In this document: piece after piece, positions 42,488 to 56,492 of the stretch
Layout of the letters: each line of letters opens with the position of its first letter
How positions within the stretch are numbered: the first letter of the stretch is position 1
Assembly: GCA_951406725.2 (NCBI GenBank)
Contig: OX597829.1
Span: forward strand, 46,376,001 to 46,440,000
Direction of reading: 5' to 3'
Source: Octopus vulgaris
Lineage: Eukaryota
DNA length: 64,000 bases
Program-made: the position numbers and the translations under genes
The notes under the pieces: generated by a model
Told to the model about the DNA's origin: nothing
What the model saw: only the letters and a program-made list of their open reading frames with translations
Database searches by the model: none

Positions 42488-42976
42488 CTTGAAACATAAT
42501 GATTTACATAATAACATTTCAATATCGTGTCGAAAACCCCTTTGGGATCGGAATAATCGACAGAGGCTCGTGGAACTCGAACTCAGGTCCACTGTAGATA
42601 TGAGAAACTTTATACGATTGTACAAATGTGGTCCTTTGTATTTCTCTATACCTTATTTGAATTATATTCTGAACAGCGAGAATTATATGTTGATGACGTC
42701 AACAGAATTTATAAACTTGAGAGAGAGAGATAGAGATAGATAGATAGAGAGAGAGAGGGGGGGGGAGCAAAATAATGTAATTTTGAACAGGATATCAAAG
42801 CATACTCACATAAAGCTATAAATAATAAGAGATTTTGAACTTCAAAATCATTTCGGATGAGAAAAATTCAAAGGCTGCCTGCGAGACATGAACTCACATT
42901 TCCTGTAGACATGATCAAAGCAGTCTTTCGAATTTTCTATACATTGTGCGCGCGCGTGTGTGTATGCGTGTGTATA

Positions 42977-43311
42977 AGGCCCATGATTCAGAGTCAGGTT
43001 CACAATCATGAGGTAGTGATTTCGAATCCCGGACCGGGCTGCGTGTTGTGTTCTTGAGCAAGACACTTAATTTCACATTGCTCCAGTTCACTCAGCTGTA
43101 GAAATGAGTTGCGACGTCACAGGTGCCAAGCTGTATCAGCCCCTTTTGCCTTTCTCTTGGATAACATCAGTGGCATGTGGAGAAGGGAGGCTGGTATGCA
43201 CGGGCGATTGCTGGTCTTCCATAAAACAACTTTGCCCGAATTTGTGCCTCGGAAAGAAACTTTCTAGCTGAAATTCCATGGTCATTCATGACCAAAGAGG
43301 CGGGGGGTCTT
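42977..43311 (+). mobile_element. tRNA-derived SINE family D
   Basis: Homologous to 60386-60721 and 62028-62363. Confidence 0.8.
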
Positions 43312-43566
43312 TACTATAACTTATACGCACACATACACAGACACACAAAGACACCCACACCCACACCCACACCCTCACATATATGTATATATGTATATAT
43401 ATATATATATATATAGGTCCCGGGTTGAGTCGGGGTTAACCACAGTAAATAAGGTACTCAATACATAGCAGAGTAAATAAATTTATTTTATAGAAGGAGC
43501 TTCTACAGGACTAGAACTGTTTCATTCAAATGAAATCATATATATATATACATTTGTATATATATT

Positions 43567-43625
<59 letters not shown>

Positions 43626-43938
43626 AGCTTATATTATATAAAAATATATTTTACTTTTGAACAAAAAAAAATTTTCACCAAATATGAAAAACTTGAAACA
43701 CATTTGGAATATATGCGTATAAGTGTGCTCGCGTATACGTCCATATATCTATATATGTCTGCCTGAGTTATTCTTTATGCTCCTTCTCTCCCCCCTCTCT
43801 CTCTCTCTCGAATCATCAAGCTTCACAAAGATTCACGTATTTGTCCTCTACATACACACACACTCACAGATACGTACACATAAGAACATAAGCATGCAGA
43901 AACGTTATAAAACCTCATGGAGATATTAAGCAATATAA

Positions 43939-44546
43939 TCTTTATATATAAAAGAGAGGTTGTGTGCTGTCTGTCTCCTACGATTTAGATTCCTAACTAC
44001 TCCCACATTTTGCGGTGCAGTTTAACCAAAACCGGGTATCTTATAGTCGTGATTCATATCGAGCCCTTCTGGGTATTAGCGCGCGTCTACAATGAGTCTA
44101 CGATTTAAAAAAATTTTACCATAATTTTTTTTCCATTTTAATGCATTTTTTCGCTATTATATAAGGGAAGTAACTCTCTAAAAATATCTACGATGAGTCA
44201 ACGATTTAAAAAAAAAATTACCATAATTTTGTTTCCATTTTGAATGCATTTTTTCGCTATTATATAAGGGAAGTAACTCTCTAAAAATGTGTACGATGAG
44301 TCAACGATTTAAAAAAAAATTTACCATAATTTTTTTTCTATTTTAATGCATTTTATTCGCTATTATATAAGGGAAGTAACTCTCTAAAAATGTCTACGAT
44401 GAGTCAACGATTTAAAAAAAAAAATTACCATAATTTTTTTTCCATTTTTAATGCATTTTTTTGCTATTTTTGGGCTATAACTCTCTAAAAATGCTTATAT
44501 AGTTATTTCCCTTACAAACCCGAGCAACGCCGGGCGATACTGCTAG
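43939..44546 (+). mobile_element. Non-autonomous Helitron, family 1, four ~100-bp internal units
   Basis: TC..CTAG termini; repeated ctacgatgagtcaacgattt..aagggaagtaactctctaaaaat. Confidence 0.85.
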
Positions 44547-45255
44547 TTAAGCAATATAACATCTATTAAAATTGCTTAGTCGTATTATGCTTTTCTTATT
44601 AGATTCGTCTACTGATGAAATTGCCGAAACTACAAACACCTCCGTGATCGTCAATGATAACTACTTTTCTTTTTTTTTTTTTTCTTTTTTTTTGTAATCT
44701 TCTTTTTCGTTTATCTTATAATTTGGATAGAAACGAAGAAAACTAAATATATTCAGTGTCATTTCTCCAATTGTTACTCTTAAAACCCTGACTTCTAAGA
44801 AAACTAATTTGTGCCTGCTAACTCCAACAACGTCTCAGGTACAATAACTACGAAACAATAACTACGCGCAAACCGTTCTTTCTATTTTCGGCTCGACTGA
44901 ACTCAATCCAAAGATCACTCATAAAATGAAGAATTTCTAATGTGAATTGCAACGATTCTATTGGATATCGGTATTCCTCATTTCTGAGTTCCACTAACCC
45001 CCAAAAGAATTTATTTCTCCGACGCTGCTTAACTTCCAACATTTGAGACACACAATCACATAACATTTCCAACCTGTAAATTGTTTCGTAAATTGAAACA
45101 AAATTACACACACGTGCTCGCGTTCACAAATACACTTGTGTGCATATATGTGTGTGTGTATATATGTGTATATATATATATACGTACGTACACGTATATA
45201 TACACATATATACACGTATGTACACATATATACACATATCATTATTAGTATTGTT

Positions 45256-45289
<34 letters not shown>

Positions 45290-45487
45290 CCATCATCAAC
45301 TTCATTGTTACCATTATTATGGCAGTGAACTGGCAGAACAGTTACCACGCATTTCGTCCGTCTTTACGTTCGGAGTTCAAATTCCGCCGAGTTCGGCTTT
45401 GCCTTTCATCTTTTCGGGTCGATAAACTAAGTACCAGTTACACAATGGAGTCGATGTAATTAACTATTCCCCTCCCCCAAATTTCAA

Positions 45488-45536
<49 letters not shown>

Positions 45537-45537
45537 C

Positions 45538-45931
45538 GTAGTTTTATTTTTATAGCGTGCTTTCACTTCCCCACCGAGCGCAGCTCTGTGTGCCTTGGGT
45601 ATGTGCTGTGATTTGTTGTGATGCTCTGATGGTTATTGTATGGAAAGTGTTCTGCGTAGGATGTGTGCAGTGCCTAGTAGTGAAATTTTCTGTATGTTAT
45701 ATGTGTTTGTGAGTCCTGGTGTTTTTGTTATGTATTTGTCTAAAACACCAGGATTTACAAACACACATAACATAGAGAAAATTTGCACTACTAGGCACTG
45801 CACACATCCTACGCAGAACACTTTCCATACAATAAACATCAGAGCATCACAACAAATCACAGCACATACCCAAGGCACACAGAGCTGCGCTCGGTAGTGA
45901 AGTGAAAGCACGCTATAAAAATAAAACTACT
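45538..45931. mobile_element. Head-to-head inverted pair of R4/Dong-like LINE 3' ends in (TAA)n
   Basis: Two ~190-bp arms. The left arm encodes KTPGLTNTYNIQKISLLGTAHILRRTLSIQ*. Each arm ends in an (AAT)n tract. Confidence 0.8.
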
Positions 45932-46343
<412 letters not shown>

Positions 46344-46559
46344 AAGTGGGCGAAGTAGCAGAGTTGTTACCGTGCCGAAGAAAATGTTTAACGGAATCTC
46401 TTCCGTCTTCACATTTTTAGTTCAAATTCCAATGAAGTCGATTTTCGGGGTCGATGAAATTAAGTACCAATCAAGCACTGAGGTCAATGTTATCTATATA
46501 GCTCCCTCCTCCAAAAATTTCATGCCTTGCTAGGAGTTGTGGTTCATTTTGCTGCTGCT

Positions 46560-46560
46560 T

Positions 46561-46593
<33 letters not shown>

Positions 46594-46785
46594 TTATCTT
46601 CTTCTTCTTCTTCTTCTTCTTCTTCTTCTTCTTCTTCTTCTTCTTCGTCTTCTTCTTCTTCTTCTTCTACTTCTTCTTTTTCTTCTACCTTCTTCTTCTT
46701 CTTCTCCTTCTTCTTCCAATTTCTTCTTCTTCTTCTTCTTCTTCTTCTTCTTCTTCTTCTTCTTCTTCTTCTTCTTCTTCTTCTT
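46560..46785. repeat. (GTT)n-(CTT)n microsatellite
   Basis: Directly visible. Confidence 0.95.
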
Positions 46786-46999
46786 GAGTGAGAGAGCAGT
46801 TCATGCCATCAAAGTGACACTGGGGTAAAATATACGAAGCCCAGCATACCCATCATGACTACCCGTCTGATAAGGGTACACTAGGCACATGCATCACAAC
46901 AACAGCACATGACCTTGCAGGTGGAGCCCAGTTAGAATATTTTCTTCTGGTCGATAACCCATCCCGCTCAAAAGGTCCCTGGATAAGGATTGATATAGA

Positions 47000-47781
47000 G
47001 AAGCATCTTCATCCGATGGGAAAAGCTCAGAAATATGGAGCATGGGTTCCCCATGCTTTAGGTGACAACAACAAAAATCAACGAGCCACAATCTCCGCTG
47101 GTTTGCTTGCCTGTCACCGCTCGACTCATGGACATTCTTTACCGAATCGTTACTGGTGACGAAAACTGGTGCTGCACATCAATATGAACCAGCGTAAGGA
47201 ATGGCTTAGCCCCGGTAAACAAGCGACACTGCGCGTGCAAAAGGATATTCACCCGCATAAAACGATGTTGTGCGTAAGGTGGGATTGGGAAGGGATTATC
47301 CATTACGAATTGCTTGTTAACGCGGAACAGATGGAACGTTCGACAGATGGAACGACTCAACACGGCTATTCAAGAGAAAAGAACTAATCGGCAGCAAGGA
47401 GTTCTTCTGCTGCACGGCAACGCTCGCCCTCAAATCGCCAATATGACCAAGGAAACCATTCAAACGCATGGGTGGGAAGTGCTTCCACACCCGCCGTACT
47501 CTCCTGATTTGGCACCAACGGATTTCCACCTCTTTCGATCTCTTTCAAATGCTATGTGCGGATTTCCGTTCAATACTGATGCAGATTTGAGAGCTTGGTT
47601 GGATCAATTTTTCGAGTCGAAATCGGGTGATTTCTAACAACGAGGTATTGAAAATCTTGTTGAACGTTGGGAAGAAGTTGTAAATAACAAGGCTGAATAC
47701 ATTATTGATTATTTGTTATTTTTTATTAAAACTTTTAAAAAAATTTAAATTTAGAAAAACGGCGGGAACTTAGTTGCTAAC

Positions 47782-47786
<5 letters not shown>
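47000..47786 (+). mobile_element. Degenerate mariner (DD34D-type) transposon, 3' part
   Basis: WVPH, RIVTGDENW, KTMLCVRWDWEGIIHYELL, LLHGNARP and HPPYSPDLAPTDFHLF motifs, with frameshifts. TIR-like end aacttagttgctaacccaaTA. Confidence 0.9.
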
Positions 47787-47850
<64 letters not shown>

Positions 47851-47860
<10 letters not shown>

Positions 47861-48252
47861 CTTTTGGGATTAATCGATATTCGGGTATTCTATTTCAGAT
47901 AATACAAAAATAACCTAATTAGTATATCTGACAGTAAACTCATGGTATCAGTTTGCACATCACGAAATAATTCTTGCTTAAGCTAGTATTATCTCGTGAT
48001 TTGCAAACTGATAGCATGAGCTTACTGTCAGATATACTAATTAGGTTATTTTTGTATTATCTGAAATAGAATACCCGCATATCAATTAATCCCAAAAGAA
48101 TTGAATATTGACTTTTATCAGATACTTTGTATATTTGTAGATAAATATATAAATATACGATAAATAAGACCCCCAAAGTACGATATGTAGATGCATATAA
48201 CGCTGAATGGTTGCAGCACCTGAGTGATTTGGAAATTTATTTTCCCAAATTA

Positions 48253-48260
<8 letters not shown>
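47851..48260. mobile_element. Fold-back element in (TA)n (arms 47851-47978 and 47992-48108) with a unique tail
   Basis: Near-perfect ~120-bp inverted arms. Confidence 0.7.
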
Positions 48261-48316
<56 letters not shown>

Positions 48317-48335
48317 TATATAAATAAGTATATAT

Positions 48336-48418
<83 letters not shown>

Positions 48419-48451
48419 TACATATCATATCCCACCATTTACTGACTTATA

Positions 48452-48502
<51 letters not shown>

Positions 48503-48505
<3 letters not shown>

Positions 48506-49500
48506 ATAGATGCCAACTTAAAGAATGCCACAGTGCTGAAATATGCAGATGACATCAAGCTGTACCTCGAAATAAAGATGTCAGATCCTGTACACTATAG
48601 ATCTCTATTGCAAGCAGACCTGGACACAATGCAGCAGTGGATCATGGACTGGCAACTCAAGCTGGCTGTGGACAAATGTACCACCATGCATTTTGTTAGG
48701 AGAAACCCAGCGTCCACCTACTCCCTCCACGACACTAATCTCAAAAGTCTGCGTGTGAACGTGACCTGGGTGTTATTGTCGACAGAGTTTTGCGTTGGAC
48801 AAAACACATCGCTAAAATTGCCAAGAAGGCTGAGAGTGTCTTGGCATCACTCACCAAGTCCTTTGTGCGCAGCTCTCCGGCTATCTACCTGCGGCTTTAT
48901 ATAGCTATGGTACGACTTCACCTGGAATTTGCATCACCGGTCTGGAACCCCTATCTTGCCCAGGATATTAATCATCTGGAAGCCGTACAGCGACGTGCAA
49001 CCAAGAGAATACCCTCCATCAGGCATTTGCCATATTCTGAACGCCTTACGTCCCTGGGCATGGATACATTGAAACTCCGACGTCTGGCAGCTGACTTGGC
49101 AGACACCCATAAAATTATTAACCATCTTAAAAACAATAACTCTGAGCACCTTTTCAAACTCCATAATGTCTAACACCCGTGGACATGTTTACAAATGCAA
49201 GAAAACAGCACAGCTCCCATGACTTTCGGAAACATTTTTTCACGTTAAGAGTTGCTGAAGCAAGGAACAAACTGCCGGCATCACTTGTTAGTTGTCGGAG
49301 CACTGCATCCTTCAAAACTTCCATGCTTCCTGAGATTCGCCAACACTACACCTGATTTTCTCCCCTCCATACACACGCAAGAATATATCTGACTCATACA
49401 CTGTTCGCTTTCCAGACGTTTGTACATTACTGCATATGCTTTATACACACTTTTGAGAAGTTGTGGTGCACCTGAGCACTGTATACAATAATTTCAGCAT
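48503..49500 (+). mobile_element. 5'-truncated CR1-like LINE (RT C-terminal half and 3' UTR)
   Basis: [53 protein letters not shown]; frameshifted. Confidence 0.9.
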
Positions 49501-49549
49501 TATATATACACAAATATATAAATATAATATATATATATATATATATATA

Positions 49550-50708
49550 CAAATTATTACATTATATAAAAGGGCTTAGTAAAATAAATTACTTTGCCGC
49601 ATACTGAACTCATTAGAAATAGCAGCTAAAAAACTTTTTTAAAGCTATTTCTAATACTTAAAGAAAATCTCTCTCATATAGTGTTTGCTTAACTCAACTC
49701 ACGAAAGTTTGGGGGTAAGGACATCAAAAAATCAAATGCAAAGGTTATTTGAGAACGTACGTTTCAAGATTAGTCAACACGACACTTCTATCATCAGCTC
49801 AGAAACTCCTTGGTTTGGATTTGAAAACACTGAAAGTAAGAGCATACCCTTTCGGCCTCTCATCGCTTTCGAAGATCTGCTCGTAACTAACAGTGCCAAC
49901 AAACTCAAATATGCAAGCGAATAATTTCTGTTCTCCCCTTTCCACCAGCGTGGGTTAAAATCAGCAAACACTATGCTTATTTCGGTAAAATCCGAAGCAT
50001 TAATTAGAGGCAAAGTAATTTATTTTACTAAGCCCTTTTATATAATGTAATAATTTGAATTCGCCTTAAATGGTCCCTTTGCATACTGAACACTTGGTGA
50101 AATTGATTAATAATTAATTAATTTTACCCTCAATTGTTGAAATTATAATTAATCTCCCTCTAATTAATGCTTCGGATTTTACCGAAATAAGCATAGTGTT
50201 TGCTGATTTTAACCTACGCTGGTGGAAAGGGGAGAACAGAAATTCTTCGCTTGCATATTTGAGTTTGTTGGCACTGTTAGTTACGAGCAGATCTTCGAAA
50301 GCGATGAGAGGCCGAAAGGGTATGCTCTTACTTTCAGTGTTTTCAAATCCAAAACCAAGGAGTTTCTGAGCTGATGATAGAAGTGTCGTGTTGACTAATC
50401 TTGAAACGTACGTTCTCAAATAACCTTTGCATTTGATTTTTTGATGTCCTTACCCCCAAACTTTCGTGAGTTGAGTTAAGCAAACACTATATGAGAGAGA
50501 TTTTCTTTAAGTATTAGAAATAGCTTTAAAAAAGTTTTTTAGCTGCTATTTCTAATGAGTTCAGTATGCGGCAAAGTAATTTATTTTACTAAGCCCTTTT
50601 ATATAATGTAATAATTTGAATTCGCCTTAAATGGTCCCTTTGCATACTGAACACTTGGTGAAATTGATTAATAATTAATTAATTTTACCCTCCATTGTTG
50701 AAATTATA
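49550..50708. mobile_element. Young Penelope-type inverted and direct terminal-repeat structure with hammerhead cores
   Basis: 49550-50010 is the inverse of 50157-50618. 50010-50147 is directly repeated at 50571-50708. Confidence 0.75.
50367..50418 (+). ncRNA. Hammerhead ribozyme-like motif (mirror copy at 49750-49801, minus strand)
   Basis: tgag CTGATGA tagaagtgtcgtgttgactaatctt GAAA cgtacg TT ctca. Stem I tgag/ctca; palindromic AACGTACGTT stem III. Confidence 0.6.
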
Positions 50709-50887
50709 TATATATATATATATTAATAGTTATTGCCATACTTATATGGCAGTCTTATAAATATAAGACTAAAGCTGATTAGCTCCAAGAGGCCACCGCC
50801 TCAAGCTAGCAATTTGACACACAACCTGCGTCCATTATAAACCTTCGAACAGGGGAGGTCAGCCGCTTCATCCTGCCAGTCAGACAG

Positions 50888-50928
50888 CTGCAGACATGTT
50901 TCAGGGTATTTGCCCTTTATCAATGCAG
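50888..50928 (-). ncRNA. Minimal hammerhead ribozyme, U3-A8 variant
   Basis: Minus strand: ctgca TTGATAA aggg-caaata-ccct GAAA catg TC tgcag. Perfect stems I and II, GUC triplet. Confidence 0.7.
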
Positions 50929-51334
50929 CGTAGTCAGACCCCACCAGGTGTCGCTACTGACTGTCCCTGTTCGAAGAATCTACTTACCTAGTTTCAGTGG
51001 AATACATCCACTTGTTTTCAATAAATATATATGATGACCACTAAGTGAACATCCACTACGCTTGTTGTAGACCCCATAGAGTCTGACCACTAAGAAAAGA
51101 TTGTTCTCAAAAAAAATTCAGCAAACGCCAGGACAAAAGATACAAAATATAATAGTCACATATCAGGTTTCATTGTTACCACTTACATATGTAAATGTAC
51201 ACTTAGTGGTCGCCCCGCCCCCGCATATGTATGTAATATGAAGTTTAGGAATCTTCAGATTTTTCAATATGCTAGGCCACTGGTTTAAATTGATATTAAT
51301 CAAATTAATATAAAACTTTTTTGACCTGATTATT

Positions 51335-51373
<39 letters not shown>

Positions 51374-51376
<3 letters not shown>

Positions 51377-51759
51377 CGCAGGAGTGGCTGTGTGGTAAGT
51401 AGCTTGCTTACCAACCACACGGCTCCGGGTTCAGTCCCAATGCGTGGCATCTTGGGCCGACCAATGCCTTGTGAGTGGATTTGGTAGACGGAAACTGAAA
51501 GAAGCCTATCGTATATATATGTATATATATATATATATGTATGTGTGTATATGTTTGTGTGTCTGTGTTTGTCCCCCCCAACCGATGCTGGTGTGTTTAC
51601 GTCCCCGTCACTTAGCGGTTCGGCAAAAAGAGACCGATAGAATAAGTACTGGGCTTACAAAAGAATAAATCCCAGGGTCGATATGCTCGACTAAAGGTGG
51701 TGCTCCAGCATGGCCGCAGTCAAATGACTGAAACAAGTAAAAGAGTAAAGAGTAAGAGT
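51374..51759 (+). mobile_element. SINE family A
   Basis: Homology to 7946-8377, with internal deletions. Confidence 0.9.
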
Positions 51760-51773
51760 ATATGTACATACAG

Positions 51774-51850
<77 letters not shown>

Positions 51851-52126
51851 TATATCAATATATATATAATAATAAAGTGTAAAATTAATTAAGTAATTAA
51901 TTACTCAATTAATCAATTAATTAATTGCTCTCTGGGAGAACTAGTTTTGGCTTTTATTTCTAAATATCGGTATGTGGTGAAGCAAATTTTTTTGCTGAAC
52001 CCTAATTATAATTATACTCTTAATTATAAGAATTTTTGTATAAATATATATATGTATAAATATATATATATATGCATATATATGCATATATATATATATA
52101 TATATATATATTTATTTATATACATA

Positions 52127-52183
<57 letters not shown>

Positions 52184-52326
52184 TTATATACATAAATATA
52201 TATATATACATAAATACATATGTATATATATACACACATACAAACACATATACACACACACATATATATATATATATAAATGTGTATGTGTGTATATATA
52301 TATATGTATATACAGACACACACAGG

Positions 52327-52387
<61 letters not shown>

Positions 52388-52684
52388 AAGAAAAAGAAAT
52401 ATCCCATAGGACAAGGAATCTGTCACCTTTAAAACTATTTAAGCCTGGTACTTATTCTCTCGGATTCCTATGCCTGTTAAGTTACGGCGAAGCAAACACA
52501 CCGGTTATCAAGCGGCTGGGGGCAGGGGACAAACACTGACACAAAGGCTCATATATATATACATATATGTACACACATATATAATGTAAAGATATTTGCC
52601 CAAGGTACCACGCAATGGGACTGAACCCTGTTGGTAAGCTTGTTCCTTTCCAAACAGCCACACCTCCACCATGCTAGATGAATG

Positions 52685-52742
52685 TATACATACACACGTA
52701 CATACACACGTACATACACACGTACATACATACATACATACA

Positions 52743-52776
<34 letters not shown>

Positions 52777-53051
52777 CATACATACATACGTACATACATA
52801 ATACATATATGCGTACATACATATATACATGCATGCATACATACATACAAACATACATACAAACATACAAACATACATACATGCATACTTACATACATAC
52901 ATACAAACATACATACATACATACATACATACATACATACATACATACATACATACATACATACATACATACATGCATGCATACGTACGTACATACATAC
53001 ATACATACATACATACATACATACATACATACATACATAAATACATACATA
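52685..53051. repeat. (TACA)n microsatellite
   Basis: Directly visible. Confidence 0.95.
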
Positions 53052-53356
53052 CTTCTACGCAAATCGATTTACACACACGAACATGGGTATGTAAATATAT
53101 TCATTTGCCTAGGCAAGTGTGCGTGTGAATATACAAGTGTACATTAATCAACGTTTACAAATTTACATATATACCTATACATACGCAGACCTCAATGATT
53201 TAATATACGACTGTCAAACGTATTTAATATTTTCTTTCTAGCTACCGATCTTGTGTGAGGGAAATGGAAGAGAAAGAAATGTCCGTAGGACAAAGAACGT
53301 GTCACTTTTAAAGCTATTTAAATTTATATCGATAAAAGTTGCCATATTTGTATGGA

Positions 53357-53931
53357 TCATCATCATCATTGTTCGACCGTGGTCGAGACAATGGAATTTA
53401 CCATGCTACGCCAGACTTCACGGTCCATCATAGCATTACGGAGGTCCTGTTGCTGGATGCCTGTATCCCTGGAGATTACATCAGGGTAGGAGAGTGTGCG
53501 TCCTCTGGTATTGCGAGTAGATGGCTTCCAGAGGAGAATGGTAAAAATTACTTCTTTTTCAGCTCTACAACAATGTCCAGCAAACTGGACTCTCCTACCT
53601 TTCACAAGAGATGACACAGGTGGTAGTTTCCCATATATTTGCATTTTGGTTGGATGACGCTTCCACGAGAGATTTTGAGCTCTCATAAGGAGGCGAGTGT
53701 AGGTTCCATCCAACCGCCTCTCAAGCTTCTTTGATAACGTTCAGGTTTCTGAGCCATATAGTAGAATTGGTTCGACTGTGGCTTTGAATATTTCAAGTTT
53801 GAAGTCTCTACTTAGATTTGATGACCAGATCTTATGCATGTCATTACAGGCTGACCAGGCCATACCCTTTCTAGTTAGAAAGTCTTTTCCAGATGATGAT
53901 ATGTATGACCCAAGATATTTATAATCAGAAA
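53357..53931 (-). mobile_element. 5'-truncated RTE-like LINE, same family as 30587-30974
   Basis: DYKYLGSYI..FKATVEPILLYGSET*TL..; (TGA)n tail; target-site duplication CCATATTTGT(A/G)TGGA at 53342-53356 and 53932-53946. Confidence 0.9.
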
Positions 53932-54082
53932 CCATATTTGTGTGGAAGAAAAATGTGCTTACTGCAGTTCTTATTTTATTCTACATGTAGGGAACATTTA
54001 TACGTTATGCTATTTCCCAATTGCGGTTAAAAAGTTTTCTTCCATTGCATATAAACGTGAACGGTAGTGCAGCAGTTTGGAC

Positions 54083-54133
<51 letters not shown>

Positions 54134-54154
54134 CGTTTATACTCAGTGTATGCA

Positions 54155-54500
54155 CATGGCCTAGTGGTTAAAGCAGCGGACTCACGGTCGAGGGATCGCG
54201 AGTTCGAATCTCAGACCGGGCGATGCGTGTTTTTATGAGCGAAACACCTAAGCTCCACGCGGCTCCGGCAGAAGGTAATGGCGAAACATCTACTGACTCT
54301 TTTGCCACAAGTTTCTCTCACTCTTTCCTCCTGCATTTTGCAGCTCAGCTCCAACGTCCAGGTGGGGAACCTATACACCAAGGAAACCGGGAAACCGGCC
54401 CTTATGAGCCAGGCGCGGCTCAAGAAGGAACAAACAATACTCAGATCAGTCCTGGTCGATCAGAATCATGATCGAAAAGCAGTCTGTTCATAAGGATAAT
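54155..54500 (+). mobile_element. SINE family C variant with a third tail type
   Basis: tRNA head TGGCCTAGTGGTTAAAGCAGCGG..GAGTTCGAATCTC. Confidence 0.75.
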
Positions 54501-54870
54501 GTCTTTATCTTTTTCTCTTTTACTTGTTTCAGTCATTAGACTGCAGCCATGCTGAGGCACCACGTTTAATTTTTAGTCGAATGGTATTCATTCTATCAAT
54601 CTTTTTGGCTGAACCGCCAGATAATGGAGACGCAAACACACCAACGAGGGTTGTCGAGCGATGGGGTGGGAGGAACAAACACAGGCACCAACACACACAC
54701 ATATACATAATAATAATAAATGTATATTTTTCTTTTTCTTGTTCCAGCTCAGAGCTGCGGCCATGCTGATGCACCGCCATATATAATAAATAAACGTCCA
54801 CGTGCCAAATTTACGTTAAATTAATTTATTTAATTTGAACGTTAAACTCGAAACTATTAAGCCACTGTAA

Positions 54871-55264
54871 TCTTTATATATAAAAGTGAAGTTGTGCGTC
54901 TGTCTCCTACGATTTAGATTCCTAAATACTCCCACATTTTGCGGTGCAGTTTAACCAAAACCGGGTATCTTATAGTCGTGATTCATATCGAGCCCTTCTG
55001 GGTATTAGCGCGCGTCTACGATGAGTCTACGATTTAAAAAAAAATTACCATCAAATTTTCCCATTTTTAATGCCTTTTTGGCATATATAAGGGGAGTAAC
55101 TCTCTAAAAATTTATTATTAAATCTCAGAACGTAAAAAGCTACAGTAACACCCCCCTCCTTTGTGGTTAGCCATATTGAGATGGCTATTATACTTTACAT
55201 CTCTAAAAATGCTTATATAGTTATTTCCCTTACAAACCCGAGCAAAGCCGGGGGATACTGCTAG
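54871..55264 (+). mobile_element. Non-autonomous Helitron, family 1, with a different internal insert
   Basis: TC..CTAG termini; insert at about 55112-55200. Confidence 0.85.
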
Positions 55265-55761
55265 TTTTGAAATAAACTTTTATTCATTCCGCCCGCTTTT
55301 TACAGCTATTTCGTATCAAAGCAGATCGTTGATGTTTATTTGAACATCTATTTTCAACTTGTAAGGAAGTAGCTTTTGCCGCCTCCATCTTTCTACCTCT
55401 GTCTATATACACATATTTGCCACGTCGGCAAGAAGCATGTTGAATTTTGAAGGAATGTTCTACTTTCTTACCCTCTAAATTTTTTTAAATATACATGTAT
55501 ACATACTTTGATACTTTGATAGGTTTCGGCCATTATTGGCCCAGGCCATGTCTAACTTAATAGCACCACCTGGTAAAATAGCACCAATATTGGCCTGCTC
55601 GCTTAGCCAGCGGGGTGACGTCATTTGAAGGCTAAAACAATGCGAACGCATTGTGACCAGCGATGTGTAACTACATCTGATGGACTGGTCGGTCACGTGA
55701 TCACGTGATATTTATATATATATATATATATATATATAGACAGACAGATAGATAGATAGAG

Positions 55762-55842
<81 letters not shown>

Positions 55843-55843
55843 T

Positions 55844-56492
55844 ACAGGTTGCGATGGGTAATTGCTGCCGTTTTATATCTTTAATTTCGCGCATGCGCAT
55901 TGCTTGTCTTTGATTTTGTCAACTACACAAAACTCACTCTGATCGTTCTGATAAGAAAAGAACTCCATTTATCTTACCACACGGCCACAGACCCAACTTC
56001 AAATGGTTGGAATAGGTACTGCTGCCCTGAGTCAAGAGGGTGTGTGTTGGAAGACCCTATGTCTGGAGACAGGACTCTGCACCATGACACATAAGTAGGA
56101 GAACTCAGTCAAGGCTGTCAGACAATATCTACGACCACATCACCCATAACATCTGGCCACCTAACTCCCCAGACTGCAACACCCTTGATTATTATAGGTG
56201 GGGGTGCAGCTGAGTAAGAGACCAACAAAACTCGTTGTAACACCAAAGATGAACTGAAGGCAAGGATTATAGCAGCATTTGCACACTTAAACAAGGAGAC
56301 CACACAGAGGAGTTACAGAAGATTTGGAAGTCATCTACAGGCCGTGGTTGAAGCCCAAACCATTTTAATGAATAAATTTACTCTTTCCTATTTCAAGATA
56401 TTTTCACGTAATTTTGGTATACACAGCTGTTAAAATGAGATGCCAGTGTTACTTTCACTTGATTTAGATGACAATTTATTCACGCCATCCTG
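55844..56492 (+). mobile_element. Degenerate Tc1/mariner (maT/DD37D-like) transposon
   Basis: TA|CAGGTTGCGATGGGTAAATTG..CAATTTATTCACGCCATCCTG|TA imperfect TIRs; IWPPNSPDCNTLDYY and NTKDELKARI remnants. Confidence 0.75.

Noticed and set aside
44608-44640. Hammerhead at CTGATGAaattgccGAAAc
   Set aside because: The core boxes are present but I could not form stem II, stem I or a UH site.
49685-50419. ORFs of 79-101 aa in the inverted repeat
   Set aside because: They are mirror translations of a non-coding terminal repeat with no recognisable domain.
52072-53147. Long YI/HT/MYVC-repeat ORFs, here and throughout the window
   Set aside because: They are translations of (TA)n, (CA)n and (TACA)n microsatellites.
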